From: Clostridia bacterium
GTDB taxonomy: Bacteria; Bacillota; Clostridia; Oscillospirales; CAG-272
Length of the DNA stretch: 64,000 bases
Assembly (NCBI GenBank): GCA_900763885.1
Contig: CAAFLY010000247.1
Span: 383 to 64,382 of the forward strand
Reading direction: 5' to 3'
Both the position numbers and the translations under genes were made by a program. Shown here piece by piece: positions 47,508-57,191 of the stretch. Position 1 is the first letter of the stretch; every line of letters starts with the position of its first letter. The notes below the pieces were generated by a model. The model did no database searches. It was not told the DNA's origin and saw nothing but the letters and a program-made list of their open reading frames with translations.

Positions 47508-47906
47508 TTATACTCTTCTGCGCTTCGGCGGACGGCAACCGTTGTGCGGGATCGGGGTAACGTCCTTGATGAGGGTGATGTCAAGACCGGTGGTCTGGAG
47601 TGCGCGGATGGCAGCTTCACGACCGTTGCCGGGACCCTTTACGTATACTTCCACCGTCTTCATACCATGTTCCATAGCTCCCTTTGCGGCAGCTTCGGCA
47701 GCGGTCTGTGCAGCGAACGGCGTGTTCTTCTTGGAGCCCTTGAAGCCCATGCCGCCGGAGGATGCCCACGATACGGTATTGCCCATAACGTCGGTGATCG
47801 TCACGATGGTATTGTTGAAGGTAGAGCGGATGTGTGCGTGACCTTTTTCAATATTCTTCCGGTCGCGACGCTTCTTGATGACTTTCTTAGCAGCTACTTT
47901 AGCCAT
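47508..47906 (-). CDS. rpsK: 30S ribosomal protein S11
   Basis: [18 protein letters not shown].. Confidence 0.95.
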   Translation of the reverse strand: MAKVAAKKVIKKRRDRKNIEKGHAHIRSTFNNTIVTITDVMGNTVSWASSGGMGFKGSKKNTPFAAQTAAEAAAKGAMEHGMKTVEVYVKGPGNGREAAIRALQTTGLDITLIKDVTPIPHNGCRPPKRRRV

Positions 47907-47926
47907 TTCGTGCTCTCACTCCTTTA

Positions 47927-48295
47927 TTACTTCTTCTTGTTGGCAATCGTCTTAGCCGGACCTTTTCTGGTTCTGGCGTTGGTCTTCGTTCTCTGACCAC
48001 GCACGGGGAGGCCCTTTCTGTGACGGATGCCGCGATAGCAGTTGATCTCCACGAGCCGCTTGATGTTCATAGCGACCTCACGACGGAGTTCACCCTCTAC
48101 GGTATATTCATTTTCGATGACGTCACGCAGCTTTGCGATGTCGTCCTCGGTCAGATCCTTCGCACGGATGTCGGGATTGATGCCGGTTTTCTTGAGAATG
48201 TCGTTCGCGCTTTTTCTGCCGATACCATAAATGTAGGTAAGAGCGATTTCCACACGCTTCGAATTCGGGATATCAACACCGGATATACGAGCCAT
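47927..48295 (-). CDS. rpsM: 30S ribosomal protein S13
   Basis: [26 protein letters not shown].. Confidence 0.95.
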   Translation of the reverse strand: MARISGVDIPNSKRVEIALTYIYGIGRKSANDILKKTGINPDIRAKDLTEDDIAKLRDVIENEYTVEGELRREVAMNIKRLVEINCYRGIRHRKGLPVRGQRTKTNARTRKGPAKTIANKKK

Positions 48296-48326
48296 TTGCT
48301 TCTTCCACCTTTCTCTGGTTCTTCAA

Positions 48327-48440
48327 TTAACCCTGTCTCTGCTTGTGCTTCGGGTTTTCACAGATCACCATCACACGGCCGTGACGCTTGATGATCTTGC
48401 ACTTTTCGCAGATCTTTTTTACGGAAGGCTTAACTTTCAC
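48327..48440 (-). CDS. rpmJ: 50S ribosomal protein L36
   Basis: Not in the ORF track (37 aa). GTG start; translated by hand as (M)[36 protein letters not shown]. Confidence 0.9.
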   Translation of the reverse strand: MKVKPSVKKICEKCKIIKRHGRVMVICENPKHKQRQG

Positions 48441-48818
48441 AGTATAATTCCACCTTTCTTCTTGTTTGCTCCGCGTCCGGGACAGAACACGGAACGGACC
48501 ACACGCAAAAACGGATCTCGCTTCTGCGGTTTTGGATCGGGCGCGGCAGACCGGATCGTCTGTCAGGCTCGTCCGGGTATGCCGGGATCGGACGCGACGG
48601 GAAATGCGAAACCGTCAGCGCCGGCGGGACAACCGGCTTCTCCGCCAAGCAACTCTTTGTCGATTCACGCGAATTTTGGATACGCCAAACCGCGCACAGC
48701 AATCCGCTGCAAAGACACTCTGGAAAATACGGATTTTGCTCCGCGCCAGGATAAGCACACAACGTCGGCGGCACAGAGTTTACGCAAGCCTCTGTCCACG
48801 GCGACCGTCATGCCGCAA

Positions 48819-49040
48819 TCAGCCTTTTGTTCTCCAGGTGATTCTGCCCTTGGTCGGGTCATAAATGGAGACTTCCACCGTGACCTTATCGCCCGGGAGA
48901 ATGCGGATATAGTTCATTCTGAGTTTACCGGAAATGTGCGCCGTCACGATCATATCGTTCGGGAGCTTTACCTTGAACGTGGTGTTCGGCAGAGCTTCCA
49001 CAACGGTGCCTTCAAACTCAATTACATCATCCTTCGGCAA
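48819..49040 (-). CDS. infA: Translation initiation factor IF-1
   Basis: 73 aa; TTG start behind GGAGG; ..[36 protein letters not shown]. Confidence 0.95.
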   Translation of the reverse strand: MPKDDVIEFEGTVVEALPNTTFKVKLPNDMIVTAHISGKLRMNYIRILPGDKVTVEVSIYDPTKGRITWRTKG

Positions 49041-49459
49041 ATGCGTTTCCTCCTTGCGTTTTTTCCATAGGATTCTTCATCGCTCCGGTACATACTTTGC
49101 GGCGATAGATCGACTGCGGGGATCGCGACGCCCGAAGCAGGCACCCAGCCTCCGCTCCGATCCGCATTTCCGCAAGGGAGCCCTTTTTCTTCTGCAATTT
49201 TGGTGCGCAAAATCGCGCGGGCAGTCCATGGGGATCCCGGGTCAGGGAATCTCCGTCTGCCATAGGTCGCACAGGGCAAGTCCTGCGCCTGCCGACACCA
49301 ACCCCGCCGGATCCATAATACAGCCGCGGATCTGGTGGCATTGGAGCGGTAAATTGCCGGTGAAAAACAGCACCGCATGCCCGGATTGCTCCGAAAATGC
49401 AGATACGCGGTCCGATTTTTGGGCAAAAATCCCCCTATCGCACAGCATATCACTTATAC

Positions 49460-49488
49460 ATTATACTGAAAATGACCGCTCCTGTCAA
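49460..49488 (-). promoter_or_regulatory. Perfect-consensus sigma-A promoter (TTGACA-17-TATAAT) inside the ribosomal protein cluster
   Basis: Minus strand: TTGACA (49488-49483, overlapping the KOW gene stop), 17-nt spacer, TATAAT (49465-49460); about 415-nt leader to infA. Confidence 0.6.
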
Positions 49489-49793
49489 GCGGGATTTTCG
49501 CCTTTTGCGGATTTTTTCGCATTTTCTACGTAATGCTCATATTTCGCAAGGATTTCGGCGACTGTTTTGTCTGTATATGCCATAGCGAGCGCGGCTCTCT
49601 CGTCCTCGGACAGCGGTGCGATCCACACAAGATGGGCGATATTCTTCACCTTCGGCCTGTCCACCGGATGGAGCGCGCCGTTCACGATCGTGACTGCCGG
49701 ATACGGCGCGTCCGCCGCGCCCGTGGTGAGGTAAAGCCGCCTCCGATCCCTGCCGCATCTGGACCGCACGACGTACAGCTCCGTCGGATTCAT
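49485..49793 (-). CDS. KOW-domain RNA-binding protein (map-infA intergenic gene typical of Clostridia)
   Basis: Last 102 codons of track ORF 49485..50351. ATG 49793 overlaps the map stop (ATGA). MNPTELYVVRSRCGRDRRRLYLTTG..VTIVNGALHPVDRPKVKNIAHL. Confidence 0.75.
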   Translation of the reverse strand: MNPTELYVVRSRCGRDRRRLYLTTGAADAPYPAVTIVNGALHPVDRPKVKNIAHLVWIAPLSEDERAALAMAYTDKTVAEILAKYEHYVENAKKSAKGENPA

Positions 49794-50551
49794 ATATCCG
49801 CCACCTTGGTGAGCAGAAGCACGCCGTCCGGCGTCAGAGCGCAGCTGTGCTCGTAATGCGCGGACAGGCTGCCGTCTCTCGTGACCACCGTCCAGTGATC
49901 GGGACGCTCGACGACCTCGGGTCCGCCCAGGTTCACCATCGGCTCGATCGCGATCGTCATCCCGCGGCACAGTCTCGGTCCGCGTCCCGCGGTGCCAAAG
50001 TTCGGTACGTTCGGATCCTCGTGCAGCTCGTGGCCCACGCCGTGTCCGACGTACTTCTTCACCGTCGTCATGCCGTTTTCCACTACATAACTGTCGATGG
50101 CGTGCCCGATGTCCCCAATCCTGCCGTGCTCGATGTCGATCGCCGCTACGCCGCGGTAGAAGCTCTCCTTCGTCACGTCGATCAGGTGCTGTGCCTCCGC
50201 GGAAATCCTGCCCACCGGGAACGTGTTCGCGCTGTCCCCATGAAAGCCGCCGATGAACGCGCCTACGTCGATCTTCACAATGTCCCCCTCGTGCAGCACC
50301 CTGTCCGCCGACGGGATCCCATGGATCACCTCGCTGTTGATCGATATGCACGCGCTCCCCGGAAATCCACCGTACCCCAAAAACGACGGCTTCGCTCCGT
50401 TCTTCTCAATATGGTGCCGGATCTTCTCGTCGATCTGCTTCGTGGTGACCCCTTCCTTGATCATCTCCGCCGCCACCAGTATCGCTTCCCCGGTGATCCG
50501 CCCGGCTATCTTCATCTTCTCAATCTGCTCTTTTGTCTTTATTACTATCAT
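49790..50551 (-). CDS. map: Type I methionine aminopeptidase
   Basis: 253 aa; metal ligands in DIVKIDVGA, GDSANTF, VGHGVGHELHE, IEPM. Confidence 0.95.
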   Translation of the reverse strand: MIVIKTKEQIEKMKIAGRITGEAILVAAEMIKEGVTTKQIDEKIRHHIEKNGAKPSFLGYGGFPGSACISINSEVIHGIPSADRVLHEGDIVKIDVGAFIGGFHGDSANTFPVGRISAEAQHLIDVTKESFYRGVAAIDIEHGRIGDIGHAIDSYVVENGMTTVKKYVGHGVGHELHEDPNVPNFGTAGRGPRLCRGMTIAIEPMVNLGGPEVVERPDHWTVVTRDGSLSAHYEHSCALTPDGVLLLTKVADI

Positions 50552-50580
50552 TTTATGTAATCCTTTAATTTCTGGTGACT

Positions 50581-51100
50581 GGGGGACGCGGGGAGACGGG
50601 GAACGGGGAACGGTCGCTTTTGAAAAAGCTCCGCAAAACTTTTATATGGGGGTGGTGATGGATTTAGTTTGTGCAAGTCGGTTTGCTCACCAATTTGGTG
50701 CCGTCCTAGGCATCAGGAGATCGTTCGCGAGCGGCTCCCGATGGGATCCGCCTTCTACGGGGAGAGATTGCGGGATATAGTTTATTGGGGTAATGGTAGA
50801 ATACCGCGTTGGGGATGGGATTGCGTGTAATTTTCATTGGAGATTAGACCGCACACCTATCCACCCCCGTCGTGTCTCCCCGCATCCCCGCATCTCCACC
50901 CTGATGGACGCACCTACATCAAATAGACGGCGGATCCGTCCCCGGAGCCGCCCCAGAACGATCTCCTGCGGACTTGGACGGAGCAATATTGGTGCGCACA
51001 CGGACTTGCACAAACTATATCCATCACCAATCCCCTTATAAAAGTTTTGCGGAGCTTTTTCAAAAGCGACCGTTCCCCCCGTTCCCCGTCTCCCGTTCCC
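50581..51100. repeat. Full-length paired copy of the element between map and adk
   Basis: Left arm GGGGGacgcGGGGagacGGGGaacGGGG, CGGTCGCTTTTGAAAAAGCTCCGCAAAACTTTTATA..TTAGTTTGTGCAAGTCGGTTTGCTCACCAATTTGGTGC.. Right arm ..CGGACTTGCACAAACTATATCC..TTATAAAAGTTTTGCGGAGCTTTTTCAAAAGCGACCG plus C-tracts ending 7 nt before the adk stop. Confidence 0.85.
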
Positions 51101-51107
51101 TACAAAG

Positions 51108-51746
51108 TTACTCTTCCAATGCAGCAGCCATCAAAGCGGTGGTGTCTTCGAGTTTTTCCTGACCGTAGACGAGCTTGAGGAGGCCGCGGGACTTGTAGAA
51201 ATCCTTGAGCGGCTCGGTCTGATCGTGATAGACCAGGAGGCGTTCCTTGACGACCTCGGGCGCGTCATCGGAGCGAATCGTGAGCGGCTCGCCGCAGTGG
51301 CAATTTTCGCCGGCAGGGGACGGATTGTACTTCACGTGGTACGTCATGCCGCACTTTTTGCAGACGCGTCTGCCGCCCATGCGCTCCATGATGGAATCAT
51401 CCGTCACCTCAATGGATATCACGTCCGTGATCTCGACGCCCATCTTTTCGAGTGCTTCCGCCTGCGGAACCGTGCGCGGGAATCCGTCCAGGATAAAGCC
51501 GTTCGCGCAGTCGTCCTTTGCCATGCGTTCCTTGATGATGTGGATCACCACGTCGTCCGGCACCAGATCGCCCTTTTCCGTGTAGCTCTTGACCTTCTTG
51601 CCAAGCTCGCTGCCCGAAGCGATCGCCTCGCGGATCATCGCACCTGTGGAGATCGCCGGAATCCCGTACCGCTCCGAAATGATCTCCGCCTGCGTTCCCT
51701 TGCCGGCTCCCGGCGCGCCCAGGAGAATCAGATTCAATTTTCTCAT
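51108..51746 (-). CDS. adk: Adenylate kinase
   Basis: P-loop GAPGAGKGTQ; Cys-rich lid CKKCG..CHCG. The start could instead be the TTG three codons in. Confidence 0.9.
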   Translation of the reverse strand: MRKLNLILLGAPGAGKGTQAEIISERYGIPAISTGAMIREAIASGSELGKKVKSYTEKGDLVPDDVVIHIIKERMAKDDCANGFILDGFPRTVPQAEALEKMGVEITDVISIEVTDDSIMERMGGRRVCKKCGMTYHVKYNPSPAGENCHCGEPLTIRSDDAPEVVKERLLVYHDQTEPLKDFYKSRGLLKLVYGQEKLEDTTALMAAALEE

Positions 51747-51756
51747 TTTGTATTTC

Positions 51757-52079
51757 GCGGAGGAGCTTTTCTGAAATAGCCTTCCCCCGCACCCCTTTCA
51801 AAAAACTTTATACTGTATTCTGGTTTTCGTACCCGCAAATCGTCCGTTACGGTATATAAAGTGAGTGCGGAAACATACCGTAACCACTATATCTCTCATT
51901 CTCTCCAAAATAACCCGGGAATAAACAAGCGCACAAAGCTAACCCCTAGAAATCAACCCGGCAATCCGGCAATCCAGCAGTCCAAAATCCTGCCCCTTTT
52001 TTATAAAGTTCTTGCCCAGAATGCGCAGCTTTCTGACTTCTTGTCAAGAAGCGTCCTGTTCCCCCGTTCCCCCGTATCC
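51757..52079. repeat. Paired copy of the element with a variant left arm, between adk and secY
   Basis: Left arm GCGGAGGAGC..GCCTTCCCCCGC-ACCCCTTTCAAAAAACTTTATAC. Right arm TTTATAAAGTTCTTGCC-CAGAATGCGCAGCTTTCTG-ACTTCTTGTCAAGAAG-CGTCCTGTTCCCCCGTTCCCCCGTATCC. Confidence 0.65.
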
Positions 52080-52151
52080 AAGGCAATAACGCCAATAAGC
52101 GGCGTGCTTTCCGTTGGATTGGAGAGAACGCCGCTTGTCGGATGCGGATGA

Positions 52152-53483
52152 TTATTCCAAGAAGCCCTTGTAGTGACGCATGGTCATCTGCGCTTCGATC
52201 TCGCGGATCGTTTCGAGGACGACGCCCACCACGATGATGAGGGACGAGCCGCCGAACGCCAGACTAGCCATTGCACCGCCGGCGATGATGTTCGCAAGGA
52301 GCGGCACCACGGAGACAATACCTAAGAAGATCGCGCCGATGAAGGTCACACGGGACAGGATCTTGCTGATATAGTCCGAGGTCGGTCTGCCCGGACGGAT
52401 ACCCGGGATGAAGCCGCCGTTCGCCTTCATGTTGTTCGCCACTTCGATCGGGTTGAAGGAAATGGAGATGTAGAAGTAGGAGAACGCGACGATGAGAACG
52501 AGCGTCAGGATCGCGTACACGATGCTGTCCGCCTGGAACAGTCCGAGGAATCCGGCCCAGAAGGAGCCTTCCTTCGGCGTCGGGCAGAACATGGCAATCG
52601 TCGCCGGGATCGTGATGATGGAGTTCGCGAAGATGATCGGCATAACGCCCGTCATGTTCACCTTGATCGGAAGATTCGACGACTGGCCGCCGTACATCTT
52701 TCTGCCAACTACCTTCTTCGCGTACTGTACAGGGATTCTGCGTTCACTGTTCGTACCGAATACGATGAACGCCACCATGGCGATCGCAACCACAACCGCA
52801 AGGATTGCGATGATCGTGCCGAGCCACCACGGAATCGTGCCCACCGTGTCGTCGCGCTTCATGTACTGCGCCTTGCCCGTGACAAAACGCCACAGGGAAA
52901 GAGCCGTAGACGGAAGGCGGGAGATAATGTTCACGAAAAGGATCATGGAAATGCCGTTGCCAATGCCGTTTTCGTTGATCTTCTCAGAGAGCCACATGAC
53001 CAGCGCGGAGCCGGCACAATAGCTCGTGATGATAACGATCGCCGCGAAAACGCCCTTGTCAATGATCGCGCCGTTCGTCTTCAGAATCTGATAATAGCCG
53101 AACGCCGTCAGAAGACCCAGCGCAACCGTAACGTAACGGGTGATCTGGTTGATCTTCTTTCTGCCCTCTTCGCCTTCCTTGGAAAGGTTTTCGAGGTAGG
53201 GGATCGCGATGCAAAGAAGCTGCATTACGATGGATGCCGTAATGTACGGGTTGATACCCAGTGCAAACAGTGTCGCCTGCGAGAATGCGTTACCGGTGAT
53301 GATGTTCAGATACTGGAAGATCGAACCGTTCGTCGCCGACATATACAGGCTGAGCTGGTTGGAATCCAGGTACGGAACCGGAATCGCTGTGCCAACCCGG
53401 TACAATACGAGAATGAACAGGGTAAAGAGCAGTTTCTTCTTCAGATCCGCAATTTTCCACGCATTCTTGATGGTCTCGAACAC
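52152..53483 (-). CDS. secY: Preprotein translocase subunit SecY
   Basis: 443 aa, 10 TM segments; canonical SecY N-terminus and position after rplO. Confidence 0.95.
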   Translation of the reverse strand: MFETIKNAWKIADLKKKLLFTLFILVLYRVGTAIPVPYLDSNQLSLYMSATNGSIFQYLNIITGNAFSQATLFALGINPYITASIVMQLLCIAIPYLENLSKEGEEGRKKINQITRYVTVALGLLTAFGYYQILKTNGAIIDKGVFAAIVIITSYCAGSALVMWLSEKINENGIGNGISMILFVNIISRLPSTALSLWRFVTGKAQYMKRDDTVGTIPWWLGTIIAILAVVVAIAMVAFIVFGTNSERRIPVQYAKKVVGRKMYGGQSSNLPIKVNMTGVMPIIFANSIITIPATIAMFCPTPKEGSFWAGFLGLFQADSIVYAILTLVLIVAFSYFYISISFNPIEVANNMKANGGFIPGIRPGRPTSDYISKILSRVTFIGAIFLGIVSVVPLLANIIAGGAMASLAFGGSSLIIVVGVVLETIREIEAQMTMRHYKGFLE

Positions 53484-53924
53484 TTATACCACCTCGGTCT
53501 TTCCACCCACCGCTTCAATTTTTTCCTTTGCACTTGCGGAGAAAACAGAAGCTTCAACGGTTAATTTTTTCTTGATTTCGCCGTTGCCGAGTACCTTCAG
53601 ACCGTCCAGTGGCTTCTTAACAATACCGGCGGCCATAAGTTTGTCGAGGTTTACGGTTTCGCCGTCTTCAAAACGATTCAGAGTCTCCAGATTCACGATC
53701 GCGTAGTGTACCGCGAAGTGATTGTGGAAGCCTCTCTTCGGCAGCTTTCTGTACAGAGGAAGCTGACCGCCTTCAAATCCCGGACGAACGCCGCCGCCGG
53801 AACGCGCATTCTGACCCTTGTGGCCTTTGCCCGCGGTCTTGCCGTTGCCGGAGCCGGGACCTCTGCCAACACGGAATCCGTCTTTTACGGAGCCGGGAGC
53901 CGGTGTCAGTTCATGGAGTTTCAT
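53484..53924 (-). CDS. rplO: 50S ribosomal protein L15
   Basis: [31 protein letters not shown]. Confidence 0.95.
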   Translation of the reverse strand: MKLHELTPAPGSVKDGFRVGRGPGSGNGKTAGKGHKGQNARSGGGVRPGFEGGQLPLYRKLPKRGFHNHFAVHYAIVNLETLNRFEDGETVNLDKLMAAGIVKKPLDGLKVLGNGEIKKKLTVEASVFSASAKEKIEAVGGKTEVV

Positions 53925-53966
53925 AAGTTATATCCTCCTATCAATATATCGTGTCTTTCGGAGGGC

Positions 53967-54146
53967 TTACGCCTTCTCCACGATCACCAGGTGAGAAAGC
54001 ACCTTGATCTTACCGTCCAGTACCGGGCCAGCCTCGTGCACCACGGAGTCACCGATCTTGCGCAGACCGAGAGACGCGGCGGTTGCCTTCTGGTTGGGCT
54101 TCGCGGCTATGAGACTCTTCTTCAGAGTAACCTTTACGTTTTCCAT
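53967..54146 (-). CDS. rpmD: 50S ribosomal protein L30
   Basis: Not in the ORF track (59 aa). Hand translation MENVKVTLKKSLIAAKPNQKATAASLGLRKIGDSVVHEAGPVLDGKIKVLSHLVIVEKA. Confidence 0.9.
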   Translation of the reverse strand: MENVKVTLKKSLIAAKPNQKATAASLGLRKIGDSVVHEAGPVLDGKIKVLSHLVIVEKA

Positions 54147-54161
54147 TGCTCATAACCTCCC

Positions 54162-54668
54162 TTATTCCGTTACCTGCTCCACGCTGATGCCTCTGGTCTT
54201 GGCGACCTGTTCGGCACTGCGGAGCGTTTTCAGACCCTCAAAGGTAGCCTTCACAACGTTTACCGGGTTGTTGGAACGGAGGCACTTGGAACGTACATTC
54301 TTGATGCCCGCCAGCTCCATTACGACACGTACCGTCTTGCCTGCGATGATACCGGTACCTTTCGGAGCCGGCTTCAGCAGTACGGTGCCCGCGCCATATA
54401 CGCCCAGCACTTCGTGCGGAATCGTTACCTCATTGATGGATACTTCGATCATGTTCTTCTTTGCATCTTCGATCGCCTTGCGGACCGCTTCCGGTACCTC
54501 AGCAGCCTTGCCGATACCGTAGCCTACGTGTCCGTTGCCGTCGCCGACTACCATGACAGCCGCAAAACGAGCGATACGACCGCCCTTGACCGTCTTGGAT
54601 ACGCGGCGGATGACGACCTGCTTTTCCTGCAGATCGAGCTCATCGGGATTAAATCTCTTGTTAGCCAT
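54162..54668 (-). CDS. rpsE: 30S ribosomal protein S5
   Basis: ..[38 protein letters not shown]. Confidence 0.95.
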   Translation of the reverse strand: MANKRFNPDELDLQEKQVVIRRVSKTVKGGRIARFAAVMVVGDGNGHVGYGIGKAAEVPEAVRKAIEDAKKNMIEVSINEVTIPHEVLGVYGAGTVLLKPAPKGTGIIAGKTVRVVMELAGIKNVRSKCLRSNNPVNVVKATFEGLKTLRSAEQVAKTRGISVEQVTE

Positions 54669-54943
54669 TTCGTTTCTCCAAAATTATTTTTGAAATGATG
54701 TTCTGATAACTTCCTTCTCGACGCCATCGCGTTACCCTATCACATAGGAAGCAGGCTCGGAATCTGCCCGCGATGCCGCCCCAAAAACCGGGACAAAAGC
54801 TGCCAACACAGCCCAAAAAACGAAAGTCAAAGCCCAACCACCACCCTACGATAGCGGTATTCTCCCCTATACAGCGTGCCGCACAAAGGATAAAAGCCAA
54901 ACCAAAGAAACGAGCGCCATAAGCCAACCAAACATTCATTCTG

Positions 54944-55010
54944 TTCCCCAGTATAAAAGTTTTGCCAGGCTTTTCCAAAAGCCGCGTTCCCCCGTCCCCG
55001 TTCCCCCCCC
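54944..55010 (-). repeat. Solo arm of the element between rplR and rpsE
   Basis: CCCCAGTATAAAAGTTTTGCCA, palindrome GGCTTTT-CC-AAAAGCC (54968-54983), GCGTTCCCCCGTCCCCGTTCCCCCCCC. Confidence 0.8.
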
Positions 55011-55036
55011 GAGGAAGTTATGTGTACAACCCGGAA

Positions 55037-55396
55037 TTAGAACTTAAGGCCGCCTTCGCGAGCGCCTGCCGCCAGTTCCGATACACGTCCGTGATAGATA
55101 TAACCGCCACGGTCGAAGACAACATCTTCGATGCCCTTGGCCTTTGCTCTTTCGGCGATGGTCATGCCGACCTTCTTAGCGGCTTCCTTGTTGGAGCCGA
55201 TAGCGCCGAAATCCTTCTCGGTGGTGGAAGCCGCGCAGAGCGTAACTCCTGCCACGTCGTCGATGATCTGTGCGTAAATGTGTGCGTTGGAGCGGTAAAC
55301 AGCGAGACGGGGACGTTCAGCGGTACCGGACACTTTGGCACGAACTCTCGCATGTCTCTTAAGACGCTGCGCATTCTTATCCTTCTTAGTAACCAT
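55037..55396 (-). CDS. rplR: 50S ribosomal protein L18
   Basis: ..[29 protein letters not shown]. Confidence 0.95.
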   Translation of the reverse strand: MVTKKDKNAQRLKRHARVRAKVSGTAERPRLAVYRSNAHIYAQIIDDVAGVTLCAASTTEKDFGAIGSNKEAAKKVGMTIAERAKAKGIEDVVFDRGGYIYHGRVSELAAGAREGGLKF

Positions 55397-55414
55397 TTAT
55401 AACGTCTCCTTTCC

Positions 55415-55954
55415 TTATTTACCGGTCTTACCGGCTTTACGACGGATACGCTCGTCGCTGTACTTGATACCCTTGCCGTGGTACGGTTCCGGGGGTCTCT
55501 TCGCGCGGATGTTCGCTGCGACCTGACCGCAGTACTGCTTGTCGAAGCTCTTCACGATGATCGTGTTGGAGTCCGGCACGTCGAACGTTACCTTGTCGTC
55601 TTCGTTGAAGTAGATCGGGTGCGAGTGACCGACGTTCAGGACGATGCGCTTGCCTTCCTTCGCTACTCTGTAGCCGACGCCAACGATCTCCAGCTTCTTC
55701 TCGTAGCCCTTCGATACGCCCTCGACCATGTTGTGGATCAGGGTTCTCGTCAGACCGTGGAGCGCGCGGTTCTCGTTCTCGTCGTCGGGACGCGTTACGT
55801 GAATGACGGAGCCGTCCACGGTAACGGTCATGGCCGCGGGTGCCTTGTACGTCAGCTCGCCCTTTGCGCCCTTAACGGTAATCAGGTTGTTTTCGCCCAC
55901 GGTTACGGTCACGCCAGCGGGTACCGTAATGGGAGCTCTACCAATTCTAGACAT
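55415..55954 (-). CDS. rplF: 50S ribosomal protein L6
   Basis: MSRIGRAPITVPAGVTVTV.. Confidence 0.95.
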   Translation of the reverse strand: MSRIGRAPITVPAGVTVTVGENNLITVKGAKGELTYKAPAAMTVTVDGSVIHVTRPDDENENRALHGLTRTLIHNMVEGVSKGYEKKLEIVGVGYRVAKEGKRIVLNVGHSHPIYFNEDDKVTFDVPDSNTIIVKSFDKQYCGQVAANIRAKRPPEPYHGKGIKYSDERIRRKAGKTGK

Positions 55955-55973
55955 CTCTTAACCTCCCTTTCTC

Positions 55974-56372
55974 TTACCAGACAAAAGCGAGGATCTCGCC
56001 GCCTACGTTTTCCCGTCTTGCCTTCTTGTCGGTCATGATGCCCTTGGAGGTCGATACGATCGCGATGCCAAGTCCGTTCATAACCTTCGGCATGTCTTCG
56101 CAGTTGGAGTAGATCCGCAGACCCGGCTTCGATACGCGGCGCAGTCCGTGAATGACCTTCTGCTTGCCTGCCTCGTACTTCAGCGTGATGCGGATGATGC
56201 CCTGCTTGCCGTCTTCAATTACCTGCACGCCCTTGATGTACCCCTCGTTCAGCAGAATGTCGGCGATTGCCTTCTTCATGTTGGACGCGGGTACGTCTAC
56301 GGTCTCGTGCTTTGCGTTATTCGCATTTCTGATTCTGGTCAGCATATCGGCGATAACGTCAGAAATCTGCAT
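55974..56372 (-). CDS. rpsH: 30S ribosomal protein S8
   Basis: ..[24 protein letters not shown]. Confidence 0.95.
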   Translation of the reverse strand: MQISDVIADMLTRIRNANNAKHETVDVPASNMKKAIADILLNEGYIKGVQVIEDGKQGIIRITLKYEAGKQKVIHGLRRVSKPGLRIYSNCEDMPKVMNGLGIAIVSTSKGIMTDKKARRENVGGEILAFVW

Positions 56373-56502
56373 AATGTTTTCCTCCTGTCATGCAAGTCGT
56401 TTTTTCTTGCTGCCCGGCAGTTCTTTCGAGGATTTTTACCTTCCTCTCTCAGCTTTGCCAAGCCGCTTGCCAGGGGTTAAAGTGAGTAGTCCTGGTCGCT
56501 CG

Positions 56503-56575
56503 GGTGGAGAGACGGTCGCTTTTGAAAAAGCTCCGCAAAACTTTTATACATGGACTTCGTGGGCACAAGACCCAC
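56503..56575 (+). repeat. Arm of the element inside the rpsN-rpsH spacer
   Basis: GGGTGGAGAGACGGTCGCTTTTGAAAAAGCTCCGCAAAACTTTTATACATGGACTTCGTGGGCACAAGACCC. Confidence 0.75.
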
Positions 56576-56988
56576 GCAGCCATGTATGACAGATTTCATG
56601 GAATTTCTCTCACAACAGTGAATCGTCCATCTATCCGGGTGATCAGAACCGACGCTTTCCTACTGGCGCGGAACGTATATTTCCCGACGCGGGATTTCTC
56701 CCGTACCGGGGTATGGATCGGGGACAGTTTTTGCGCCATCCCCGTACCAATCTGAAAATAAGTGCGCTTTCGCAATATCCGGGACATACATGTGTCCGCC
56801 GCAAGCCAGCCAAACAGCAGTCTACAGAGCCAGTCTGAACGAACAAATCCTCAACCCAACTCCATAATCCGCCAACCGTCAGCCCCAAACCCAACAAAAT
56901 GTCAAATCCAGTCTGCGGCAGCTATTTGCGGTAGCCTTCATGCCTGTCGGGGCTTCCCGACCTTCATGCCCGCGGGGGCGTCCCCGCC

Positions 56989-57174
56989 TTACCAGGATGC
57001 TTTGCGAACGCCGGGGATCTCGCCCTTGTAGGCCAGCTCACGGAAGCAGATACGGCAGATACCGTACTTGCGGAGGTAAGCATGGGGACGACCGCAGATC
57101 TTGCAGCGGTTGTACTTCCGGGTGGAGTACTTCTGCTCTTTCTGCTGCTTCAGGATCATCGATGTTTTAGCCAT
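56989..57174 (-). CDS. rpsN: 30S ribosomal protein S14, zinc-binding type Z
   Basis: 61 aa; [23 protein letters not shown]. Confidence 0.95.
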   Translation of the reverse strand: MAKTSMILKQQKEQKYSTRKYNRCKICGRPHAYLRKYGICRICFRELAYKGEIPGVRKASW

Positions 57175-57191
57175 TTCTTCTGCCTCCTCGA

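Noticed and set aside
48441-49459. A known housekeeping ncRNA (RNase P, tmRNA, SRP/4.5S, 6S) hidden in the long infA-flanking spacers
   Set aside because: I did not find their hallmark conserved strings by eye (for example the GGAAAGTCCGG-type RNase P core, or a tmRNA tag ORF with a tRNA-like end). This needs cmscan to exclude properly.
49485-50351. 288-aa track ORF
   Set aside because: It is chimeric. Only the last 102 codons (from ATG 49793) form the KOW-domain gene. The rest is an out-of-frame read through map.
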